Assembly (NCBI RefSeq): GCF_016127575.1
Contig: NZ_CP066018.1
Coordinates: 810,001-842,000, forward strand
Source: Cupriavidus necator
Lineage (GTDB): Bacteria > Pseudomonadota > Gammaproteobacteria > Burkholderiales > Burkholderiaceae
DNA: 32,000 nt
Direction of reading: 5' to 3'
Of the stretch, positions 26,524 through 32,000 are shown in pieces. The notes under the pieces are model-generated. The model made no database searches and was not told the DNA's origin. It was given only the letters and a program-made list of their open reading frames with translations. A program made the position numbers and the translations under genes. The first letter of the stretch is position 1, and each line of letters begins with the position of its first letter.

Positions 26524-26849
26524 CGCTCCAGCAACGAGAGGCGGTCAGGATGACCGGCCCATTGCTCATGGCCGGGGATCGGCCCTTTGGCCTTGAGCAA
26601 CGGCAGCCAGTCAGCGCGCCGCGACAGTTCGGCATTGAGGGCAATGAAATGGCGCTGGTCCTCGGGCAGGTCATGCTCCGAGTAGATCGCGCCGACCGGG
26701 CACAGCGGCACGCACATCGAGCAATCGATGCACTGGTCGGGGTCGATGGCGAGGAAGTTGGGCCCTTCGTGGAAGCACGACATCGGGCAGACTTCGACGC
26801 AATCGGTATGGCGGCACTGGATGCAGGCATCCGTCACGACAAAGGTCAT
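26520..26849 (-). CDS. fdxA: 7Fe ferredoxin (Azotobacter FdxA type)
   Basis: 109 aa from MTFVVTDACIQCRHTDCVEVCPMSCFHEGPNFLAIDPDQCIDCSMCVPLCP, the classical [3Fe-4S][4Fe-4S] cysteine pattern. The 263-aa ORF-track version is a spurious N-terminal extension. Confidence 0.9.
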   Translation of the reverse strand: MTFVVTDACIQCRHTDCVEVCPMSCFHEGPNFLAIDPDQCIDCSMCVPLCPVGAIYSEHDLPEDQRHFIALNAELSRRADWLPLLKAKGPIPGHEQWAGHPDRLSLLER

Positions 26850-26954
26850 GGGGCAGTTGCGGTACGGCGGGTGATGACCGCGTGATGGTAACGCCCCGCC
26901 CGCGGGCGCGGGACGCGCCGCATTGTGCGACTCCTTCAAATCCGCTGAAGAGCC

Positions 26955-26976
26955 GCGCCCGGCCTGGCCCGGGCGC
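26955..26976 (-). terminator. GC hairpin just downstream of the hemerythrin gene
   Basis: GCGCCCGG (26955-26962) pairs with CCGGGCGC (26969-26976), giving an 8-bp stem and a 6-nt loop, 8 nt after the stop at 26984. No U-tract follows. Confidence 0.35.
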
Positions 26977-26983
26977 AGGCGCG

Positions 26984-27451
26984 TCAAGCGGTCTCGCGCA
27001 TCAGTTCTTCCTTGCGCGCCGCCATGGCCTGTGCCACGTCGCGCAGGTTGACCTTTTCCTTGATCGCGTTCTTGAACAGCTCGCCCTCCTCTTCCTCGAT
27101 ATGGTGGGCAACGTATTCTGACAGCACCGTGTAGTTGGCCTCGAGCTTGTCGCCGGCCGGATCCTCCTCGATCGCAGCGATCAGGTCCTTCGCCACCTGG
27201 TGCTCGACCTCGGCTTCGTCCAGCAGGTCGTCGATCTCGTCGCTGACGCCGCGCAGCGCCGGATAGAAGATCTCCTCCTCGATGGTGGCGTGCACCGTGA
27301 GCTGGTGGCACACGTCCAGCGCGATCGCCTGCTTCTCGTCGCGATCTTCAGTGTCCTTGAACGCCTTGAACTGCTTCTTGACAGCGCGATGGTCGTCCAT
27401 CAATGCGCCGAGGGCCTGGGCCTGGTCTGCGGGAATCTTCGACTTGTCCAC
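26984..27451 (-). CDS. Hemerythrin-domain protein
   Basis: LMDDHRAVKKQF...HATIEEEIFYP...EHQVAKDLI...YVAHHIEEEEGELF shows the H/E metal-ligand pattern of hemerythrin-like domains. I place the start at the GTG at 27451, preceded by AGGAGA 5 nt upstream; 155 aa. Confidence 0.8.
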   Translation of the reverse strand: MDKSKIPADQAQALGALMDDHRAVKKQFKAFKDTEDRDEKQAIALDVCHQLTVHATIEEEIFYPALRGVSDEIDDLLDEAEVEHQVAKDLIAAIEEDPAGDKLEANYTVLSEYVAHHIEEEEGELFKNAIKEKVNLRDVAQAMAARKEELMRETA

Positions 27452-27739
27452 GGCTTTCTCCTGGTGGGATTTGCCGGCGCTCCGGCTTTGCGCTGGGGAG
27501 AACGCAGATTCCGTGCCCGCCCCAGCGCAGGCAGCGCACCTGCCAGTCGTTGCAATTCCTGCGCGAAGCCTTGTAATTGTGCCCGCAGCGCCGCGTCGGT
27601 CGGACCAGGCTTGCCGCGGCTTCATTTGCCTGCATACCGTGCCTTGGGAGCCCCCTCACCTTTGCCCTGTGCGGGGCAAGCGCGGCATGAAATTTGCGGC
27701 GTGGCGCAGTAAGCCGAAACAGGAGTATCCCTGTCCGAA

Positions 27740-28435
27740 ATGCAACCGATACCGGACGGCGCGTCCGCGCCGTTCATCACCACCATGCCGACCTCATTCC
27801 TCTACTCCAATTGTGCCGATGGCCAGCCGGCCATGATGGACGAATTACAAACCGCGCGCGAGGCCGGCTATGGCGTAGATGCGCGCCATGCCTTCTGGGA
27901 AGAAGAGCCCGCGTCAGTGCCCGCGCTGCAGCGCCCGCGCCTGCGCGCGCTGCAGCACCAGGTGCAGCCGGCCGACTCGGTCGTGTCACTGCGGCTGTGC
28001 AGCCTGGGCTGGAGCGTGCCCGAGGTGCTGGCCACCATCCGGCGCTTCCGCCTGCTGGGGGTGGCGTTGTATTGCGTGCAGCTGTCCCGTGACGACCTGG
28101 CCAACACCACGCCGCCGGAGGCGGTCGAGGTGCTGCGTGCGGTCGCCGCGCTGGAAGGCGCCGCCCGCAGCGTGCGCGTGCGCGAGAGCCTGGCCGCGGC
28201 CAAGGCCATGGGACGTCAGGTGGGCCGCCCGCCCAAGCACACGCCTGAACAGCGCCATGCGATCCTGAACGCGCTGGCCGCGGGCAATTCAGTGAGCGAG
28301 ACCGCGCGGCGCTTCAGCACTTCACGCCAGACCGTGCTGCGCATCCGCGCCGCCGAGCCAGGCGCCCAGCCCCATGCGGCATCCGCGGCCATGGCCGACG
28401 CTGAAGAATCGGCGACCGAAGCTGCCACCGGATGA
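27740..28435 (+). CDS. Serine-recombinase (resolvase/invertase)-like protein with substituted catalytic residues and intact C-terminal HTH
   Basis: The C-terminus GRQVGRPPKHTPEQRHAILNALAAGNSVSETARRFSTSRQTVLRIR is a typical resolvase HTH_7. The N-terminal domain aligns by eye to the resolvase fold, but Y-x-R-V-S-T-x-x-Q is replaced by LYSNCADGQ and D-R-L-G-R-S by LCSLGWS. GC3 is high, so it is genuinely coding. The start is uncertain: 27740, or 27785 (MPTSFLY). Confidence 0.65.
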   Translation: MQPIPDGASAPFITTMPTSFLYSNCADGQPAMMDELQTAREAGYGVDARHAFWEEEPASVPALQRPRLRALQHQVQPADSVVSLRLCSLGWSVPEVLATIRRFRLLGVALYCVQLSRDDLANTTPPEAVEVLRAVAALEGAARSVRVRESLAAAKAMGRQVGRPPKHTPEQRHAILNALAAGNSVSETARRFSTSRQTVLRIRAAEPGAQPHAASAAMADAEESATEAATG

Positions 28436-28466
28436 GACCGACAGCAGCACAGCGCGCCGTGCCCCC

Positions 28467-29078
28467 ATGCCCGAGCACAGGAAGCTGCCCGTCAGCCGCG
28501 ATGAACTGAACCAATGCCGGCGTTGCCCGTTGTGGCGCAATGCCACCCAGGGCGTGCCCGGCGCCGGCGCCGCCCATGCGCGCATCATGCTGGTTGGCGA
28601 GCAACCGGGGGCGCAGGAAGACCTGCAGGGCTCCCCCTTCGTCGGCCCGGCCGGGCACCTCCTGGACGAAGCACTGGCCAGCGCGGGGCTGGACCGCGAC
28701 AAGCTCTTCATGACCAATGCGGTCAAGCACTTCAAGTTCGAATGGCGCGGCAAGCGCCGGCTGCACAAGTCGCCGGCACAGCAGGAGATCGAGGCCTGCA
28801 GCCTGTGGCTGGAGCGCGAACTGGAGAAGGTCGGGCCCAGGGTCGTGGTCGCGCTTGGCGCCACCGCGGCTCGTGCGGTGCTGGGCCGCAAGAGCGTGTC
28901 CCTGGCTGGAATGATGGAGACGCCAGTCGAGCACGAGGGACGGCTTGTCATCGCCACCTACCACCCGTCGTTCGCCTTGCGCCAGCGCACCGACGAGGCG
29001 CGAGCCGCCACCTTCGACCGCATCGTGCGCAGCCTGCGCGCCGCCGCGCGGCTGGCGCGCGGCGGCGCGGAAGGCTGA
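28467..29078 (+). CDS. udgX: UdgX-family (family 4-like) uracil-DNA glycosylase / uracil-DNA binding protein
   Basis: 203 aa from MPEHRKL. It has CRRCPLW, motif A GEQPGAQED (28596-28610 encodes GEQPG), FVGPAG, NAVKHFKF, and the UdgX-specific insertion GKRRLHKSP (KRRLH at 28752-28766). By recollection it is close to Mycobacterium smegmatis UdgX throughout. Confidence 0.8.
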   Translation: MPEHRKLPVSRDELNQCRRCPLWRNATQGVPGAGAAHARIMLVGEQPGAQEDLQGSPFVGPAGHLLDEALASAGLDRDKLFMTNAVKHFKFEWRGKRRLHKSPAQQEIEACSLWLERELEKVGPRVVVALGATAARAVLGRKSVSLAGMMETPVEHEGRLVIATYHPSFALRQRTDEARAATFDRIVRSLRAAARLARGGAEG

Positions 29079-29292
29079 AGCATCAGGCCACTCCCTGAAG
29101 GGAGAAGATTCCATCGGCCGGCAGGATACCGTCACGACAAAGTACCGAAGTCTTGCAAGTTCTCGATACCGAAATGTTATCGAGTCGCGAGAAAAATGGT
29201 AATGGATTAATCGCTGGGCGCTTCTTAAAGTTGCACGGACAGAAGGCGATCGCCCTCTCGTTCTCCCAACTTCATTGCACCAAGGAATCAGC

Positions 29293-29847
29293 ATGGATCC
29301 CACTCCTCAGGAAATGGAAGCCACCCGCATCGCGCGCTGGGGCAAGGTCAAACCTTACGGTGAGACCTTCATCGAAAGCCGCCTGCCCGGCATGAAGAAG
29401 AACATCTACAAGATCATGAACCGCGGCGTGCTCGAGAACAAAGGCGTCGAGCCGGCGATTCCGGGTAACCACCGCTTCGGCGTGACCTTTATCGAAATCC
29501 CGGTCGGGCAAGGCGCCAGCCTGCACGCGCACAAGACCGAGGAAGTGTTCTGCCCGTTGAATGGCCAGATGGAAGTCATCTGGGGCGAGAAGGGCCAGTA
29601 CTCGCTGATGCTGAACCAGTGGGATGTGATCTCCTGCCCGATCGGCGTGATGAGAGGGTTCCGCAACCCTAACGACCACGCCCTGGTCGTGTACTCGGTG
29701 GTCGGCGGCACCGACGAGGAGTGCGGCCGCATTGCCTGGCACCCGGACGTAGTGAAGGCAGCCGAGGCCACCGGTCTCGTCTACGGCAAGGACGGCTACA
29801 TCACGGAAACGGAAGCGGACAAGGCGGAACACCGCGCCGCAGACTGA
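29293..29847 (+). CDS. Cupin-domain protein
   Basis: 184 aa from MDPTPQEM, with AAGGAA 6 nt upstream. GASLHAHKTEEVFCPLNGQMEV...GFRNP is the two-motif cupin pattern. Confidence 0.75.
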   Translation: MDPTPQEMEATRIARWGKVKPYGETFIESRLPGMKKNIYKIMNRGVLENKGVEPAIPGNHRFGVTFIEIPVGQGASLHAHKTEEVFCPLNGQMEVIWGEKGQYSLMLNQWDVISCPIGVMRGFRNPNDHALVVYSVVGGTDEECGRIAWHPDVVKAAEATGLVYGKDGYITETEADKAEHRAAD

Positions 29848-29872
29848 AGACGGCCGCCGGGTCGCTCAGGGT

Positions 29873-29901
29873 GCTAGCGCCCAGTAGCCTTCGGCGCTAG
29901 C
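29873..29901 (+). terminator. Hairpin downstream of the cupin gene
   Basis: GCTAGCGCC (29873-29881) pairs with GGCGCTAGC (29893-29901), giving a 9-bp stem and an 11-nt loop, 25 nt after the stop. No U-tract. Confidence 0.35.
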
Positions 29902-29915
29902 CCGGGCTGCCGCAG

Positions 29916-30172
29916 ATTCCGACCTTGGCCGAGTCCGGCTTTGCGGGCTATCGTTCCGAGACCATACAGGCGCTGTTTGCTCCGGCAGGCGCACCCGAGC
30001 CGCCACCTGTACGTCCGTCGCATCCTGCCGAGCAGCGAAGTGCGGCAACAGTCGCGCGATCTCGGCTTCGAGGCCGTGGCTGTGCCAGCCCACAGAACTC
30101 GCTGCCCGGGTCGCGGAAAATGTCCCGCTCCGGGCCGAAGTCGCGAACAAGGCACGTATCCAGAGCGACTGA
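29916..30172 (+). pseudogene. 3' relic of a Bug/TctC-family (tripartite tricarboxylate transporter) substrate-binding protein gene, frameshifted
   Basis: Three frames read in succession give IPTLAESGFAGYRSETIQALFAPAGAP, then ILPSSEVRQQSRDLGFEAV, then PTELAARVAENVPLRAEVANKARIQSD*. Together they reproduce the conserved C-terminus of Bug proteins. No N-terminal part is present, and stops lie immediately upstream. Confidence 0.7.
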
Positions 30173-30241
30173 GACCGGGCGCCAATGTCCGTCTCCTCGC
30201 CAGGCAACATCCACTCTTTCAATCATCAGGAGCCGACCATC

Positions 30242-31162
30242 ATGACATCTGCCTCCGCAGAAAGCGCGCTCGCGCCATCCGCATCGAACGCGCAATCGAT
30301 TCCAGCCACCCCCGAGGCACTGCTGAAGGCCGTGCTCAAAGCGAATTCCGGGACACACGACCCGCGCACCAGGACCATTCTTGATGCGCTTATCCGGCAT
30401 GCGCACGCCTTCGCGTCAGAGGTCCAACTGACCTATGAGGAACTCCACCATGGCCTGGACTTCATGGTCCGCATCGGCCAGGCCACCGGACCGAAAAAAC
30501 ACGAGGGCATCTTGCTGGCGGATATTCTCGGGCTTGCCACGCTGGTGCTTCTGATGGATGCCAAGGCCGTGCTTGCAGCCGGCGGCACCGAGCCCGCGCT
30601 GATCGGCCCGTTCTGGCGTGCGAACCAGCCGGTTCGCGCCAACGGCGCGCACATCGCAACCCCGGACACCACGGGCGATCCGCTGTTCGTGCAGGGACGC
30701 GTCGTGTCGATCGACGGCACGCCGATCGCCGGCGCGCGCGTCGAGACATGGCAGGCAGCGCCAAGCGGCCTGTACGAGAACCAGGACGAACACCAGGAGG
30801 ACATGAACCTGCGTGGCGCGTTCGAGACCGATGCCGACGGGCGCTTCTGGTTCGAGAGCGTGCGGCCCTCAGGCTATGGCGTCCCGATCGACGGCCCCTG
30901 CGGCGACCTCCTGGCCCTGCAGAACCGCGACCACATGCGCCCGGCCCATCTTCACTTCATCGCCATCGCACCAGGGCACAAGGTACTGACCACGCAGATC
31001 TTCGATGCCCTGGATCCCTTTGCCTTCAGCGACGCGGCGTTTGGCGCCGTCGGCTCGCTGCTGCGCGATTTTGAGCCGGTCGATGGCGGCGGCTTCCGTC
31101 TCGATGTCGAACTGAAACTCGAACCGGGGGAGACGCGCCTGCCCAAGCCGCCCTTGCCCTGA
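30242..31162 (+). CDS. Intradiol ring-cleavage dioxygenase (hydroxyquinol/catechol 1,2-dioxygenase family)
   Basis: 306 aa from MTSASAE, with CAGGAG upstream. GPFW, VQGRVVSIDGTPIAGARVETWQAAPSGLYENQ, TDADGRFWFESVRPSGYGVPIDGPCGDLL and MRPAHLHF are intradiol dioxygenase motifs. Confidence 0.85.
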   Translation: MTSASAESALAPSASNAQSIPATPEALLKAVLKANSGTHDPRTRTILDALIRHAHAFASEVQLTYEELHHGLDFMVRIGQATGPKKHEGILLADILGLATLVLLMDAKAVLAAGGTEPALIGPFWRANQPVRANGAHIATPDTTGDPLFVQGRVVSIDGTPIAGARVETWQAAPSGLYENQDEHQEDMNLRGAFETDADGRFWFESVRPSGYGVPIDGPCGDLLALQNRDHMRPAHLHFIAIAPGHKVLTTQIFDALDPFAFSDAAFGAVGSLLRDFEPVDGGGFRLDVELKLEPGETRLPKPPLP

Positions 31163-31269
31163 ACCTCTTTCGACTCACGGAGATGTTGAACCTGCCCGCC
31201 CGGCGCCCTGCAACTTGGCGCCGAAGCCGCGGACCCTGACGTGCTCGCTCCGTAGTTCATTCAGGTCAC

Positions 31270-31320
31270 GCGACCGCCAGCATTGGATGTCCACGCAATC
31301 GTGGCAGTGCTGGCGGTCGC
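31270..31320. repeat. Compound inverted repeat between convergent genes
   Basis: GCGACCGCCAGCA (31270-31282) pairs with TGCTGGCGGTCGC (31308-31320), a 13-bp perfect stem. Inside the 25-nt loop is a second stem, CCACG-CAAT-CGTGG. Confidence 0.5.
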
Positions 31321-31385
31321 CAGTCCGGCGCCATGCGCGGACGCGGCGATCCGGCCGGGCTTGTTCTTCCGGCGTCATGACCAAA

Positions 31386-31403
31386 CGGCATCGCTCGATG
31401 CCG
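31386..31403 (-). terminator. Weak intrinsic-terminator-like hairpin after the MDR gene
   Basis: On the minus strand, GCGGCATCGAGCGATGCCG is followed by TTTGG, 22 nt after the stop at 31426. The stem is 7 bp and the U-run only 3 nt. Confidence 0.35.
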
Positions 31404-31425
31404 CTTGGCAAGAACCCCTGCCGAC

Positions 31426-32000
31426 TCAGGGCACCAGCACGAAACGCTGGCGCGCGCCCCTGGCCTGCGCGGCCCACACTTGCCCGACATCCTCCAGCGG
31501 CGCGGAGACGATATCGATTTCCATGCGCCCTGCCGCGGTATGCCGGCATAGCTCGGCATAGGCCTGCGCCTGGACCGCGACGGGCGCATGGTAGTAGGCA
31601 AAGCCCATGATGTCGAAACACGCCTTGCGCGCCGCGGCGCCGGCAAAGGCAATGGTGGGCGCCACCGTGGTGCCGATATGGACCAGCCGCCCGCCGTGGC
31701 CAAGCGCCAGCAGCGCGGCCTCTGCCGGCGCGCCGCACAGGTAATCCAGCACGATGTCGACGTTGCCGTCGGCCGCGTTGCGATAGGCATCCAGCAAGTC
31801 GCCGGGCTGGTCGAGCGGCACCACCGCATCCGCGCCAAGCCGGCGTGCGCGCTGCAGCGCCTGCACATTGCGCCCTGCCGCGATCACGCGGCCGGCACCC
31901 AGCAGCTTTGCCGCGGCCACCGCCAGCAATCCCGAGATACCGGTCGCGCCGAGCACGAGCACGGTCTCGCCCGGCTGCATGCGCGCCCGCCACGACAGCG
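31426..32000 (-). CDS. MDR-family NAD(P)-dependent oxidoreductase (quinone oxidoreductase/alcohol dehydrogenase-like), 5' end outside window
   Basis: GETVLVLGATGISGLLAVAAAKLLGAGRVIAAGR is the Rossmann GxGxxG region of zinc-type/MDR dehydrogenases. The frame stays open to the window edge. Confidence 0.8.
   Translation of the reverse strand, partial: LSWRARMQPGETVLVLGATGISGLLAVAAAKLLGAGRVIAAGRNVQALQRARRLGADAVVPLDQPGDLLDAYRNAADGNVDIVLDYLCGAPAEAALLALGHGGRLVHIGTTVAPTIAFAGAAARKACFDIMGFAYYHAPVAVQAQAYAELCRHTAAGRMEIDIVSAPLEDVGQVWAAQARGARQRFVLVP

Noticed and set aside
29866-30406. ORFs of 103-152 aa on both strands between the cupin and dioxygenase genes
   Set aside because: They overlap the frameshifted Bug-family relic and the dioxygenase leader. 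Their translations are Arg/Pro/Ser-rich with no recognisable domain, and they are better explained as pseudogene debris.
31176-31378. 67-aa reverse-strand ORF with a Cys/His cluster between the dioxygenase and MDR genes
   Set aside because: No Shine-Dalgarno (TTTGGTC precedes the ATG). The Cys/His motif coincides exactly with a 13-bp DNA palindrome, so it is most simply a translated hairpin. It is kept only as a note under the hairpin finding.
1-32000. Search for rRNA, tRNA, CRISPR arrays, IS elements/transposases, integrases and prophage genes
   Set aside because: By eye I found no tandem direct-repeat arrays, no cloverleaf-like segments in intergenic regions, no transposase/integrase-like translations and no terminal inverted repeats. 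The only recombinase-like gene (27740-28435) lacks its catalytic residues.

Overview
High-GC betaproteobacterial chromosome segment, probably Cupriavidus/Ralstonia-like. The fdsGBACD operon with a divergent fdsR matches the soluble NAD-linked formate dehydrogenase locus known from Cupriavidus necator, and a decayed Bug/TctC-family gene is present. Positions 1-19152 are a type VI secretion (T6SS) locus made of two divergent operons around a ~38% GC spacer. The minus strand carries clpV-tssB-tssC-hcp, a 35-codon vgrG 5' relic, a low-GC lipoprotein, an intact vgrG, a 782-aa alpha/beta-hydrolase (Tle-like) effector, and a second lipoprotein. That last gene is missing from the ORF track because it runs off the window. 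The plus strand carries an unknown 200-aa gene, then tagJ-tssE-tssF-tssG-tssA, all tightly coupled. tssJ/K/L/M and PAAR are not in the window. Positions 19171-26523 are fdsD-fdsC-fdsA-fdsB-fdsG (minus) and fdsR (plus). The rest holds a 7Fe ferredoxin, a hemerythrin-domain protein, a serine-recombinase-like protein with all catalytic residues substituted, a UdgX-type uracil-DNA glycosylase (KRRLH motif), a cupin, a frameshifted Bug-family relic, an intradiol dioxygenase and a partial MDR oxidoreductase. The most interesting signal is the vgrG cargo region (1-7203). A diverged direct repeat of the vgrG 5' end brackets a low-GC Tli4-like lipoprotein, which looks like the footprint of effector-module replacement with retention of an orphan immunity gene. 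No rRNA, tRNA, CRISPR array or IS element was seen. All family assignments come from reading the translations and need HMM/BLAST confirmation.
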